Notes: generated by a model from the letters alone, not told the origin. A stretch of DNA of 64,000 nt from a bacterium (GCA_046485285.1 JAWOHE010000089.1:43432-107431), one strand, 5' to 3'. Shown: positions 25,945-36,791, counted from the first letter of the stretch. Numbers and translations are program-made.

Positions 25945-27634
25945 ACCGGACGTCGAGCTTTTCCTCGAGGTAACACTTCAGCCGAATCACTTGGATCTTG
26001 GTCCTGGTGTTGCCGGCATCGAGGTAGTACTTACTGGCGTCGGCATCTCCAGTCGGGTAGACGATGCGCCGTTTGGTTTTGTCGACGCTGGACTCGAGCT
26101 CAAACCCATCTTCGCAGTCATCCGTGAAGTCCCAGCAGACGACCCACCTGAGGTTGGTGAAGCCGTGGTTGAAGTTACGATGTCCCAATCTGTGCTTGAA
26201 CTCGACGTACCCGTGGGGCAGTTCGGAGACTCCCGGGTTGCCTATGCTACGAGCGATCATGTCGATTCCCCGTGCTGTATTGTAGTCGCAGGGCAGAAAC
26301 TCAAATAAGTCAGGGTGTTTGGCGTAGACTCTCATGAACAGCCCGAACAGCTCGGCCTCATTCTGCGGCTCCAGCACCTCCTGGTCGTCTATCGAGGCGC
26401 GGGCACGATACTTGATGCTCTTGACCCGGCTCTTGTAGTCGGTCTCCTCCTGCTTCTGTGTCCGAGCCTCCTCCTGCATGTTCATCAGCGCGTACAGCTG
26501 GTTCTTCAGGATGTCCCGATCCACGGCTTCGACCACCTCAGCTATGGCTATCTTGAGCCCAGCAGTGACTTGGGGGTCGGTATTCGCGAATGTGCCACGG
26601 TTAGCTGTGAGATTGAGTTCCTGGCAGTTCACGAAGCCATGCAGGAGTACCCAGGCGTTGCCGCCAGTTCCAAAGCTAGATATCCACTCATTGACTCGGC
26701 AGACCGGGATGTAGTCCTTGCAGAGCCAGATGCCGTATCTGTCGCCTACTTTGTATCCATCCGAGCCCTTGCGAAGCCGCTGCTTGATCATCGGATTGTA
26801 TGCCCTCTTCGCCAAATCCCCTTCGACGTAGATGACGGCCTCGTAGCGCACGTCGGGAAGGTCTTGCAGTACGTCAGTCTTGTGGTACCGCTTCACGAAG
26901 TAGTCGGCGGCGTCGTAGGAGTACCGGTCGAATAGCTTATTGAGGTCGGCGGCCTCCGGTGGGAACGGGTGGCCATGGGGTAGGGCCTCATGCTCCGCAA
27001 CATCCAATCCCTTGAGATGCACAGTTAGCTCTCGCTTCACCTGGCCTGTCAGTTCCTTCTCCACCGAGCCGGCTTTCGTGCACCACAGCACGTAGTCCTT
27101 CACGACACGCTGTGTAAACGTGCCGCTTGCGTTGTTATTGTAGCCTTGGAGCTCTATCTCAGTGAACGTCTTGCCATCGTTGGGCGGGGAGACTTCCCAC
27201 CACTCAGGCGCATGGAGTTCGTGGTTACAGAGCTTCCTGAAGGGGCGCTCACATTCCGCAGCGAAGGCCCCATCAGGACCAAGTGTGCTCACCCTGACCT
27301 TCTCTGAGTTGAGGAAGATCTTGGTGCCATGGCCCTTCTCGCCGATCTTCTGCGAGTCGCCACGGGACTCCGAATGGCCCAGTCCCCAGAACGTCGCCGA
27401 GACCGCCTGCTTGGACATTCCGGTGCCGTCGTCCCGGAAGCGGACTATCAGCGTTCTTGCGCCTTCCAGCCGTTGCGTCTCAAAGGTGATCCAGATATTC
27501 GAGGCTTCCCAATCATGCGCGTTGGATATTGCCTCGCGAACGGCCTCCAGCGGTTCCGCGAAGTCGTTCGCAATCTCGAAGAACTCCCGAGCTTCATCTA
27601 CTGACGGCACCACTGTGTGTCTAGTTGTGTCCAT
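25922..27634 (-). CDS. GHKL (HATPase_c_3/MORC-like) ATPase fused to a PD-(D/E)XK-like nuclease
   Basis: EAISNAHD, DDGTGM, IGEKGHGTK; C-terminal GID..YVEFKH..FNH..WVVCWD; TTGACA-17-TACGAT promoter. Confidence 0.8.
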   Translation of the reverse strand: MDTTRHTVVPSVDEAREFFEIANDFAEPLEAVREAISNAHDWEASNIWITFETQRLEGARTLIVRFRDDGTGMSKQAVSATFWGLGHSESRGDSQKIGEKGHGTKIFLNSEKVRVSTLGPDGAFAAECERPFRKLCNHELHAPEWWEVSPPNDGKTFTEIELQGYNNNASGTFTQRVVKDYVLWCTKAGSVEKELTGQVKRELTVHLKGLDVAEHEALPHGHPFPPEAADLNKLFDRYSYDAADYFVKRYHKTDVLQDLPDVRYEAVIYVEGDLAKRAYNPMIKQRLRKGSDGYKVGDRYGIWLCKDYIPVCRVNEWISSFGTGGNAWVLLHGFVNCQELNLTANRGTFANTDPQVTAGLKIAIAEVVEAVDRDILKNQLYALMNMQEEARTQKQEETDYKSRVKSIKYRARASIDDQEVLEPQNEAELFGLFMRVYAKHPDLFEFLPCDYNTARGIDMIARSIGNPGVSELPHGYVEFKHRLGHRNFNHGFTNLRWVVCWDFTDDCEDGFELESSVDKTKRRIVYPTGDADASKYYLDAGNTRTKIQVIRLKCYLEEKLDVRFAQAKKQ

Positions 27635-28066
27635 GTTCCTGTCTGCTCCCTAGGGTTGGCATTGCCCGCATCGTAGCGAGCGGGGAGGAGGTTGTCAAGC
27701 GAGTTGGTGCATCGTTGATGGCTCGCGGTTCAGCGTTCACCGTACCGGGCCGTCCGTGTTCATCGGTGTCCACCCAGGGCTGACGCTCGGGGCCGGTATG
27801 GAGGGTCTGGCGCGGTATCGCGCCGCGCACGGCTGGGGGAGGGCCCACAGCCGAATCGGCAGGCCGGGCGGAAGTAGCGCACAACCTGTCCACGACGCAG
27901 GTCGTGATTGACAACTGGCGAACAGCGGGTAGAACTGAAGCGCTGTACCAGGTGCAGGCTCAGGGCAGCGTGCTCTGGTCCACTTGCTAGAGCGTGCGTT
28001 CTATGGATTCCGGCGGAGCCGGGAGGTAGAATCTGGGTCCGTCCGGAGGTGCTGAGGGAGGTTTGC

Positions 28067-28714
28067 TTGCTAGGTGAAAGATGCTGCTACGAGACCATAT
28101 CGGTCCTCGCGCTGGCACTGTTGCTCGCTCATGGATGCGTTAGCGCCCCTGCAGTTCGCCGCTACCCACCGGACGATGTCATATGGTCCCCGCGGACTGA
28201 GTACGGAAGGGCGTACAAGAACCACAACGTTACACTCCTGACATCTCTCGTTCAGAGCATCCAGACTTCGCCTCAGCTCGGGTCTGCTACTCTGGAGCGG
28301 GAAGGACTGCTCGTGACCTACCGCGCCGAGGAAGGAGACACCGGCTACTACCTGTCTGTACACCTCACCTGCAATGTGGTGTTCAACACGCTGCAGACCA
28401 ACTACCTTCAGAGGGCCGCCAGCGCCTACTCGCGGATTCTCTTTCCATTTGCCTGCATTCTGGCTGAACACCCAGAGTTACTCGACTACGAGCGTATCAG
28501 CGGGGTTCTGGTGTGGCTCGATTGGCGGGCGACCAACTTCCTTGAGGACCGGTACAGAGTGTTTGCGCGAACCGAGGGGATGAATGCCTTTGTGTCAACG
28601 CCGGTCTTGAGGGAGTTCGCCGGCGAGAAGATATCTATTCAAGAACTCGGGCGCCGCTCCGTATTCACGTCTACCGGTGGGAGAACAGAACTTGACTTCA
28701 GCAACATCCCCTGA
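28067..28714 (+). CDS. Hypothetical lipoprotein
   Basis: Hydrophobic stretch plus AHGC lipobox; start uncertain (TTG after GGGAGG; the ATG at 28081 is out of frame). Confidence 0.6.
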   Translation: MLGERCCYETISVLALALLLAHGCVSAPAVRRYPPDDVIWSPRTEYGRAYKNHNVTLLTSLVQSIQTSPQLGSATLEREGLLVTYRAEEGDTGYYLSVHLTCNVVFNTLQTNYLQRAASAYSRILFPFACILAEHPELLDYERISGVLVWLDWRATNFLEDRYRVFARTEGMNAFVSTPVLREFAGEKISIQELGRRSVFTSTGGRTELDFSNIP

Positions 28715-29260
28715 CATCGTGTCGGTGCTTGGCTGGTTATTTCCCGGTTCTCGGTCCCTCGGACCCGAGTCAGCCCTGGCCCACAGTCCGATAGCGGGTA
28801 GACGCGCTCGTGCGCCCTGCAGGGGGCAGGGGCTTGGCTTGACTCGACTAGTGCGATGTCCGGACGCGGCCTCCTGCCGAAGAGGAAGCAGTCCGTTGGC
28901 GAGGCCGAAGTACGCTTCGTCTGCAACGTCATACACCCGCGTCCGGCCGTAGTAGCACGCGGTCGGCCAAGCCCGGGCGACAGGGTGGGCTTGACCGGCG
29001 GGCGCACGATGGGCGGTAGCGTGCCGGGCTTCGGACGGACGCGGCCCGGAGCGGCGCGCTGACCAGAGGCCCGGACAGACCATCGTGATCGAGTGCCAAA
29101 CGAGGAACTCAGTCGCCGGGCCAGGGTGAGCCGGGTGTCTGCCAGCCCGGCATCCTGTCTGGGGCCGGAGACGGCACATGCGATGGAGCAGGCGACCGAA
29201 TGGGCGACCCGGCCCCAGTGCCGGCGGCGGGCTGGTCGCCGGGTCCGGGCTTCGGCGGTC

Positions 29261-30163
29261 TCAGCGGTAGGCCGGCGCGGGCGCGCGGACCCGGAGGGCG
29301 CGGGGGAGGATTTCGAGCCGGAACCGGCGGGCGTCCGGCCAGTCGAGGAGGTCGCCATCGAGCTGGACGGGGACCGGGCCGTCGAATTCGAGGGCGAGTT
29401 CGGCGGCGCGCAGGAACCTGACTTCGGGCAGGGAGCCGTGGGTGCCGCGGACGAGTTCGGGCAGGCAGCGGAGTATCCGGAGCCGGCCGACGGCGGCGAT
29501 GACGCAGAGGTCGAAGAGGCCGTCGTCGAGCGCGGCGTCGGGCGCGACTTTCATCCCGCCGCCGTAGCAGGGGCCGTTGGCCGCGGCGACGAGGAGCACG
29601 GGCTGTTCGATTGTCTGCGCGCCGGCGGCGAGGCGGCAGCGCGGGCAGTCGAAGTCGCGGACCGCGAGCAGGACCGCGGCGAGGTAGAGCGGCATTCCCC
29701 GCAGGTGCCGGAGCCGGCGGGCCTCGACGATGACCCGGGCGTCGAAGCCAAAGCCGGCGGCGTTGGCGAAGGCCGCGACGCGGCCGCCGGATTCGAGCCG
29801 GCCGAGGTCAATCGGCCGGGCCGGGCATTCGGCGGCGAGGCGGCAGGCGGCGGCGACGTCGGGCGGGATGCCGAGGTTGCGGCAGAAGTCGTTGCCCGAG
29901 CCAACCGGGACCGCGGCAAGTTCGGTGTCGCTGCCGGCGAGGCCGGCGGCGACCTCGCGGGCGGTGCCGTCGCCGCCGACCGCGACGACGAGCCCGCGGC
30001 CGCGGGCGGCGCGGGCGAGGTCGGTGGCGTGGCCGGGGCGCTCGCTCTCGACGAACTCGATGCCCGGGATGAGCCGGGCGAGCTCGGCGCGGGCCCGGGC
30101 GCGGAGTTTCGCGCCGCGCGCCCGGCCGGCGACCGGGTTGATGACGGCAAGGGCGCCTGGCAA
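29261..30163 (-). CDS. Diacylglycerol-kinase-family lipid kinase (YegS-like)
   Basis: INPVAG, GGDGT, PVGSGNDF, GFGFDA, YGGG, QLDGD. Confidence 0.9.
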   Translation of the reverse strand: MPGALAVINPVAGRARGAKLRARARAELARLIPGIEFVESERPGHATDLARAARGRGLVVAVGGDGTAREVAAGLAGSDTELAAVPVGSGNDFCRNLGIPPDVAAACRLAAECPARPIDLGRLESGGRVAAFANAAGFGFDARVIVEARRLRHLRGMPLYLAAVLLAVRDFDCPRCRLAAGAQTIEQPVLLVAAANGPCYGGGMKVAPDAALDDGLFDLCVIAAVGRLRILRCLPELVRGTHGSLPEVRFLRAAELALEFDGPVPVQLDGDLLDWPDARRFRLEILPRALRVRAPAPAYR

Positions 30164-30245
30164 GGTCCTGATGATGCCGCCGGGGCAGGGGCTGTCAAGC
30201 CGGGCCGGGCTTGCGGCCGGGCCCGGCGTCCGGTATAACCTTGCC

Positions 30246-31709
30246 ATGAGAGCAATCACGGTTTCGCTCGCCATCCTGCTCGCGGCGCCGGCCGCGGCGC
30301 AGGACTGGGAGACGGTCGGCGGCAACTCGGCACGCTCGGGGCTGAGCCCGTGGTCCGGGCCGAGGTACGGCGAGGTCAGGTGGAGCATGCCGACCCTGCC
30401 CTCGACGATCGGGATGCAGGTATATACCTGGGACACGCTCTGCGCGGTCGGCCGCTACACCTTCAGCCCGAACCTGATAACCGTCGCCTGCCACAACCTG
30501 CTGACCGGCGACACGGCCTGGACGCGGAACTGGTCGGGCGCGGGTAAGTACCTGCCGTTCGGCGCCCGCGACGGCCGGCTCTACGTCCGCAACTTCAAGG
30601 AGTCCAGGTTCGACAGCCTGTACTGCGTGAGCATGAGCACCGGCGACATCCTCTGGCAGGTCGATTCCGCGTGCGGGCTCGGCATCGTCTGGAGCGCGGC
30701 GTTCACCGACGAGGGCGACCCGGTCGTTGCCGGGGGCAGGTACCCGCTGGCGCGCTACGACCGTCTGACCGGCGACACGGTCTGGACCTGCGCGCGGCCG
30801 ATACCCAACTCCGGGGCGGAGTGCGTCGGCGTTTCCGACGGGTTCGTCTACGCCTGGATGGGCGCGGGCATCAACCGGCCGAAGTACCTGATCGCGATTG
30901 ACGCGGCGACCGGCGTCATCACGGACACGACACCGGAACTGCCCGGCGACGGCGACCAGGAGATGCCATTCTCGGTCGGGCCGGGCCGGGTCGTCTACTG
31001 CCAGCGCGACGGCGGCCGATTCCACGCGTTCCGGCACACCGACACCGGCTTCGTCGAGCTGTGGAACGCGGACCCGTTCGGCGCGAGCCCGTGGATGAAT
31101 TATGGCATCGCGCCCGACAGCACCCTGCTCGTGCCGCGCGGCCGGCGGCTGTTGCGGCTCGACCAGCACACCGGCGCGGTGCTCGATTCCTCGCCCGAGC
31201 TGACCGCAGGCGACGCGCTGGCGCCCCGGGTCGCGGTCGACCGGCACGGCTGGGTTTACCTCGCGACCGGGGTCAACGCCGGTGGGGGAACGTGGTGCCT
31301 GTCGCCGGAGCTCGACAGTGCGTGGTTCGAGCCGATGACCAGCAGTTACTACACCGGCCCGGCGATCGGGATGCACGGCATCACGGTCGTCTCCGGCCCG
31401 GGCACGACAATCAGGGCCTGGCAGCCGGCGCTGGGCATTGCCGGCGGCGAGCCGGGACCGGCACGGCGTCTCGCGCCGGGCTGCAGCCCGAACCCGTTTC
31501 GGTCCGGGACGCTGGTCCGCGCGGCCCGGCCCGGGGTGGTGACGGTGTACGACGCGCTCGGCCGCGAGGTGCGGCGCCTCGAGGCCGGGCCGGCCGGCGC
31601 GTGGTGGGACGGCCGGGACGCGGCCGGCGTGGCGCTGGCCGCCGGGGCCTACATCCTGCGCGCGGGCGGCGAGCAGGTCCGGGTCGTGATTGCCGGGGTG
31701 GCGCGGTGA
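30246..31709 (+). CDS. Secreted PQQ-like beta-propeller protein with sorting CTD
   Basis: Signal peptide, W..GGN.ARSG, TGD..W repeats, PNPF..WDGRD CTD. Confidence 0.82.
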   Translation: MRAITVSLAILLAAPAAAQDWETVGGNSARSGLSPWSGPRYGEVRWSMPTLPSTIGMQVYTWDTLCAVGRYTFSPNLITVACHNLLTGDTAWTRNWSGAGKYLPFGARDGRLYVRNFKESRFDSLYCVSMSTGDILWQVDSACGLGIVWSAAFTDEGDPVVAGGRYPLARYDRLTGDTVWTCARPIPNSGAECVGVSDGFVYAWMGAGINRPKYLIAIDAATGVITDTTPELPGDGDQEMPFSVGPGRVVYCQRDGGRFHAFRHTDTGFVELWNADPFGASPWMNYGIAPDSTLLVPRGRRLLRLDQHTGAVLDSSPELTAGDALAPRVAVDRHGWVYLATGVNAGGGTWCLSPELDSAWFEPMTSSYYTGPAIGMHGITVVSGPGTTIRAWQPALGIAGGEPGPARRLAPGCSPNPFRSGTLVRAARPGVVTVYDALGREVRRLEAGPAGAWWDGRDAAGVALAAGAYILRAGGEQVRVVIAGVAR

Positions 31710-32134
31710 GGGTGGGACGCGGGCTGGCCGGGGCGCTGGTCGTCGCGGCGGTGTTCGCGGCCGGCTACCTGGTCGGGCGCGGACAGCGGCCGGCCGGAGC
31801 GCCGGTGCTCATGAACCCGGACAGCGTGCCGGGCTTCCCGAGGGGCGGCCTCGAGGCACACGGGCAGGAGGGCGAGCCGGCGTTTGCCGACTCGGTCGAG
31901 CTGTTGCTGGCCGACCTCGACCGGCGCATCGCGGCCCTGCACGGTGACGCCGGGACGGCCGATGCCGGGTTCGAGCACATCTACGTCTACTACGGGAGGT
32001 GCCGCGACGGGCTGAGGCGGCTGAGGCTGGTCTCCGAACCGGACACGGTCGAGGCTATCCGCCGGCAGGTTGTGGCGCACTACCGCGCGGCGGAGCGGGC
32101 CTTGCGGCTGGCCGAAGCGCGGCCCGGCCGCTGA
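31706..32134 (+). CDS. Hypothetical membrane-anchored protein
   Basis: GTGA coupling; N-terminal TM helix. Confidence 0.6.
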   Translation: MRVGRGLAGALVVAAVFAAGYLVGRGQRPAGAPVLMNPDSVPGFPRGGLEAHGQEGEPAFADSVELLLADLDRRIAALHGDAGTADAGFEHIYVYYGRCRDGLRRLRLVSEPDTVEAIRRQVVAHYRAAERALRLAEARPGR

Positions 32135-32141
32135 GCGGCAG

Positions 32142-32363
32142 TCAGACCTCGTCGTCCTCGTCGGGCGGAATCTCGGTACCGTCGAGCGGCCGGCCGCAGG
32201 CCGGGCAGGTGCTATCGTCGCCCGGGCAGGCCGCCCCGCATTCCGGGCAGCGGGCGAGGCCGTCCGCGGCGTCCGTCTCGCCGGCCCCCTCGAGGTCGGC
32301 GTAGCACTCCGGGCAGTAGCGCTCGTCGCTCGTGAGCTGGGCTCCACATTGCCAGCAACGCAT
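32142..32363 (-). CDS. Double zinc-ribbon protein
   Basis: Four CxxC pairs; AGGAGG RBS. Confidence 0.8.
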   Translation of the reverse strand: MRCWQCGAQLTSDERYCPECYADLEGAGETDAADGLARCPECGAACPGDDSTCPACGRPLDGTEIPPDEDDEV

Positions 32364-32421
32364 TCAGAACCTCCTGTCAGTATCACGGCACGACCCAGAT
32401 TAGCGCCGGCGGGGCGGGCGG

Positions 32422-35079
32422 TCAACTGCCGGCGCGCCGGCGCAGGCGGCCGATGAGCTTGCGGGCCTCGTCGGCGAGCAGGATCGAACTCGCGAGCGCG
32501 ACGATGCGAAGCCAGTCGCCGAGCGAGAGCGGCACGGTGCCGAAGACGAGCGGGCCGACCGGCGTGTGGATGACCAGCACCTGGAGGACGACCGCGACCG
32601 CGATGCCGAGGAGCAGCCAGCGGTTTGGCGCGAAGCCGCGGGCGAAGACGGACCGGCGGTCCGAGCGCATCGCGAGCGCCTGGAACCACTGGAAGGCGGC
32701 GAGGGTGGTGAAGGCGATGGTGCGGGCGTGGGCGAGCGGGCGGGCCCGGCGGTCGAGCCAGAACTGGAGCACGGTCCCGGCCGCCATCACCAGGGCGAGG
32801 AGCGCGATGCGGCGCGCCATCGCGCCGCTGACGAGCCGCTCGCGGGGCGGGCGGGGCGGTTCGCCGAGGACGTCGCCGTGGCCGGGCTCGACGCCGAGCG
32901 GGATCGTGCAGGCACCGTCGGTGACGAGGTTGACCCAGAGCACCATCACCGGGGTCAGCGGCTTGTCGAGCCCGGCGATGATGCAGGCGGTGAAGGCGAG
33001 CATCTCGCCGAAGTTGGTCGCCATCAGGTAGCTGACGACCCGGCGGATGTTGTGGTAGATGACCCGGCCCTGTTCGACCGCCCGGACGATGGTGGCGAAG
33101 TTGTTGTCGGTGAGGACCATGTCGGCGGCCTCGCGGGCGACCTCGGTACCGGAGCCCATCGCGATGCCGATGTCGGCGGCCTTGAGCGCGGGCGCGTCGT
33201 TGACTCCGTCGCCGGTCATCGCGACGACCTCGCCCCGGCCGGAGAGGGCGTTGAGGATGGTGAGCTTGTGGGCGGGCGTGACCCGGGCGCAGACCCGGGC
33301 CCGGGCTACCCGGCCGGCGAGCTCGGGTCCGGGCAGGTCGTCGATGTCCTGCCCGGTCAGGGGCGGGCCGGCGTCCCGGCCCGTGATGCCGACCTCGCGG
33401 GCGACCGCGGCCGCGGTCGCGGCGTGGTCGCCGGTGACCATCACGACGCTGATGCCCGCGCCCTGCGCGGACCTGACCGCGCCGGCGGCCTCGGGCCGGG
33501 GCGGATCGACCATTCCCCAGAGGCCGAGGAAGGTGAACCCGCTTTCGAGCTCGTCCTCGGCGAGCGCGTCCGGCCCGGCGGCCGGAAGGTCGCGGTAGGC
33601 CGCGGCGACGACCCGGAGCGCGTCGGCGGCGAAGTGCTCGGCGGCGTCCCGGACCGCCCAGTTGAACTCGTCGTCGACCCGGGCGGGCCGGCCGTCGGCG
33701 CCGGCGTGGTGACTGCACCGGGCGAGGACCCGCTCGGGCGCGCCCTTGAGGTAGACGCGGTGGCCGCGCTCGCCGTCCCGGACCAGCACCGCCATCCACT
33801 TGCGGGCGCTGGAGAATGGCAGCTCGGCAAGGCGCGGCTTGTCGCGCGCGAGCGTCTCGGGGGCGATGCCGCCGTCGAGCGAGAACCGGAGGATAGCGGC
33901 CTCGGTCGCCGAGCCTTCGATCGTCGAGCCGGAGCGGCGGGCGTTGTTGGCGAGCGCGCCGGCCTCGAGCAGGAGCGCGGCCGCGGGGCCGGGCGCGCGG
34001 ACCGGCGCCGCGAGGTCGTCTCCGCCGGCCCAGGCCCGGGTCACCGCCATTTCGTTGCGGGTGAGGGTGCCGGTCTTGTCGGTGCAGATGACCGTGGTCG
34101 AGCCGAGGGTCTCGACCGCGGGCAGGCGGCGGACGATGGCGTTGCGGCCGGCCATCCGGCGGACGCCGAGGGCGAGGGTGACGCTGACCGCGGCGGGCAG
34201 GCCGGCCGGCACCGACGACACCGCGGCCGCGACCGCGAAGAGTAGCATCTCCATCGGCACGTAGCCGCGCAGGAGCCCGATTCCGAAGAGCGCCGCGCCG
34301 AGACCGACCGCGATCGTGCCGAGTATCGTCCCGAGGCGGTTGATGCGGCGCTGGAGCGGGGTCTCGGGCCGACGGGTCGAGCGCATCTGCTCGGCGATCG
34401 CGCCAACAGCGGTGTTCATACCGGTCGCCGTGACCAGCGCCCGGGCCCGGCCGCCGGTCACGGCCGTCGACAGCCAGACCATGTTCGTGCGGTCGGCGAG
34501 CCCGGTTGCCGCCGGCAGCTCCCCGGTGTGCTTGGCGGCCGGCTCGGACTCGCCGGTCAGCGCCGACTCGTCCGCGAGCAGCTCGTCGGCCTCGATCAGA
34601 CGGCCGTCGGCCGCGACGCGGTCGCCGGCCTCGAGCTCGAGCAGGTCGCCGGGCACGACCGCGGTCGCCGGCACGGTCACCGTCGCGCCGCCGCGCCGGA
34701 CCCGGGCGCGCGGTGCGACGAGCTCGGCAAGCGCGGCCAGCGCCTGCTCGGCCCGCCACTCCTGGGCGACGCCGAGCGCAGTGTTGAGCAGGATGACGAC
34801 CGCGATGGCGACAGCGTCGACGTAGTTGCGGGTGAGGAGCGAGACCGCGACCGCGGCGAAGAGGACGTAGATTACCGGGTTGGCGAGGTGGCGGAGCGCG
34901 AGCGAGAGGACGCTCTCGCGCCGCTCGGCGGCAAGGGCGTTGGGACCGAAGCGCTCAGCCCGGGCCCGCGCCTCGTCCGGGGAGAGCCCGCCAGTCCCGG
35001 ACTCGAGCCGGGCGAGCGCCGCGTCGGCCGCCAGCGCGTGCCAGTCGGCTTCGACCGGGCGGGCGGCGGTCTGCTTCAT
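32422..35079 (-). CDS. Cation-transporting P-type ATPase (Ca2+-type, IIA-like)
   Basis: TGES, DKTGTLT, KGAPE, TGD, GDGVNDAPAL, LWVNLVTD. Confidence 0.95.
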   Translation of the reverse strand: MKQTAARPVEADWHALAADAALARLESGTGGLSPDEARARAERFGPNALAAERRESVLSLALRHLANPVIYVLFAAVAVSLLTRNYVDAVAIAVVILLNTALGVAQEWRAEQALAALAELVAPRARVRRGGATVTVPATAVVPGDLLELEAGDRVAADGRLIEADELLADESALTGESEPAAKHTGELPAATGLADRTNMVWLSTAVTGGRARALVTATGMNTAVGAIAEQMRSTRRPETPLQRRINRLGTILGTIAVGLGAALFGIGLLRGYVPMEMLLFAVAAAVSSVPAGLPAAVSVTLALGVRRMAGRNAIVRRLPAVETLGSTTVICTDKTGTLTRNEMAVTRAWAGGDDLAAPVRAPGPAAALLLEAGALANNARRSGSTIEGSATEAAILRFSLDGGIAPETLARDKPRLAELPFSSARKWMAVLVRDGERGHRVYLKGAPERVLARCSHHAGADGRPARVDDEFNWAVRDAAEHFAADALRVVAAAYRDLPAAGPDALAEDELESGFTFLGLWGMVDPPRPEAAGAVRSAQGAGISVVMVTGDHAATAAAVAREVGITGRDAGPPLTGQDIDDLPGPELAGRVARARVCARVTPAHKLTILNALSGRGEVVAMTGDGVNDAPALKAADIGIAMGSGTEVAREAADMVLTDNNFATIVRAVEQGRVIYHNIRRVVSYLMATNFGEMLAFTACIIAGLDKPLTPVMVLWVNLVTDGACTIPLGVEPGHGDVLGEPPRPPRERLVSGAMARRIALLALVMAAGTVLQFWLDRRARPLAHARTIAFTTLAAFQWFQALAMRSDRRSVFARGFAPNRWLLLGIAVAVVLQVLVIHTPVGPLVFGTVPLSLGDWLRIVALASSILLADEARKLIGRLRRRAGS

Positions 35080-35121
35080 GGTCCAGCATACCGGCCGCCG
35101 CCCGCCGGTCAACGGTACGGG

Positions 35122-35961
35122 CTAGCGAATGTAGAAGCCGAGGGCGAGCGAGAACGCGCCGAGCCAGTTCGAGGTGTAGCCGTCGGCGAGCGGGTTCTCC
35201 GGGTTGACCTGCTGGCCCTCGGCACCGCCGCCGAGGTAGCGCAGGTTGAGGAACCCCTCGAGGGCGTCGTTGAGGCGGTAGCCGGAACGGAGCGACGCGT
35301 CGAGGATGGCGCCCTTGAAGCTCGATTCGACGTTGGTCGAGCCGGTGATGAACTTGCCCTGGGCGTAGAAGCCGTCGACCTCGGCGCCGAGCCAGAGCCG
35401 CCGGCCGAGCGGGGCCTTGAGCCGGGCCTTGAGGACCGGCACCGGGCCGAGGTCCTGGTAGACGCGCTGGCGGTGGCCGTCCTGGGACGCGAAGGCGATC
35501 GACGCGTCGCGGATCTGGCCGGAGAGACCGAACGCCAGCTCGCGGTCGGGCGCGGGCCAGAGGTCGTAGAGCCAGCTCAGCCGGTAGAAGTCGAACCCGT
35601 AGCGGAGGTTCATCGGCGTGCCGGGCGGGAAGGTGTCGGTGTCGACGATGAGCGGGTTCTCGAGCGTCGCGGCGGTGCGGATGTCGAGCGGCTGGTACAG
35701 GAAGACGATGGTGTGGCGGGGCTTGAGGTGGAGCTCGGCGGTCAGTCGCTCGAATGGGAAGAGGATGTTCTGCCGGCCCTCGCGGACGTAGTCGAACTCG
35801 GTGCCGTTCACGCCGAAACGGATGGTGTGGTCGAGGACGCCGAAGAAGCCGATTTCGGTGCCGGCGCGGAACTCGACCGGGCTCGAGGGGTCGTTGAGCC
35901 AGCCGGCGGCGGCGGGCAGGGCCAAGGCGAGGATAAGGGCGGTTGCCATTACGCGTTTCAC
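35122..35961 (-). CDS. Outer-membrane beta-barrel-like hypothetical protein
   Basis: Signal peptide, amphipathic strands, terminal LGFYIR. Confidence 0.7.
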   Translation of the reverse strand: MKRVMATALILALALPAAAGWLNDPSSPVEFRAGTEIGFFGVLDHTIRFGVNGTEFDYVREGRQNILFPFERLTAELHLKPRHTIVFLYQPLDIRTAATLENPLIVDTDTFPPGTPMNLRYGFDFYRLSWLYDLWPAPDRELAFGLSGQIRDASIAFASQDGHRQRVYQDLGPVPVLKARLKAPLGRRLWLGAEVDGFYAQGKFITGSTNVESSFKGAILDASLRSGYRLNDALEGFLNLRYLGGGAEGQQVNPENPLADGYTSNWLGAFSLALGFYIR

Positions 35962-36041
35962 TGCTTACCTCCGAGGTGGTATAGCGGACGCCTGCTGATT
36001 ACCGGTATTTGACCCGCTCGGCGAGCCGGGCGATGCGCCAC

Positions 36042-36791
36042 TCAGTGCAGTACCGTCACCCGCCGGACCGGGTCGCCCGGCCGGCACAGGTAGTAGACCC
36101 CGGGCGCGAGGCCGGCAAGCCGGTTGTCGCCCGGTGCCAGGAGGCGCGCGCCGCGGCCGTCGACGGTGACGAGCCGCGCGGGCTCCGCACCGGGCAGGAA
36201 GAGCTCTCCACGGCAGATGAGCGGCGCGACCGCGGCCGTGGGACCAGACCAGCGGCCTTGCCCCATACCCACGACGCATTCGCAGGCGTAAGCGAAGAAG
36301 CAGTACTCACCGGAAGTGCACTGCGTCCAGGCACCGGGACTGCCGTGGAAGCTGCCGACCGGGGTTCCGTTGTCGTCGGTGTTGATGTAGGGGTGGGCCC
36401 ACGGATTCACGCTGCGGGCGGTCGCGACAATCCAGAACGTGCCCGACTCGATGAGGACCGGTTCGGGCAGGCCGTAGTGGACCCAGTAGCCCGACGGGCA
36501 GGTCAGGCTGTCGGACTCGAAGAGCAAGGTCCGGCCGTCGTCAGCGTAGATGCGAAAGGTGAAGACCGAGTCAGTGAGCGAGCCCATGCCCCAGTAGAAC
36601 CAGATCTTCAGCGACTCGATCTCGACCGGCAGGTCGAGGCCAAATTCAGTCGGGTCGAGACGCATGGCGCGCTCCGGCCCCTGAAATTCGAACCAGCCTT
36701 CGTTGCCGTTGTAGTGGCTGATCCAGGACGAGTCGAGCTGGGCCTGGCCGGACGCAGCAAGCACCAGCAGCAGCAAAGTCACGCAGCGCAT
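36042..36791 (-). CDS. Small secreted protein with sorting CTD
   Basis: AAGGAG RBS, signal peptide, CTD GLAPGVYY. Confidence 0.75.
   Translation of the reverse strand: MRCVTLLLLVLAASGQAQLDSSWISHYNGNEGWFEFQGPERAMRLDPTEFGLDLPVEIESLKIWFYWGMGSLTDSVFTFRIYADDGRTLLFESDSLTCPSGYWVHYGLPEPVLIESGTFWIVATARSVNPWAHPYINTDDNGTPVGSFHGSPGAWTQCTSGEYCFFAYACECVVGMGQGRWSGPTAAVAPLICRGELFLPGAEPARLVTVDGRGARLLAPGDNRLAGLAPGVYYLCRPGDPVRRVTVLH

Noticed and set aside
28715-29260. Possible gene remnants right of the islet
   Set aside because: No recognisable motif or consistent reading frame.
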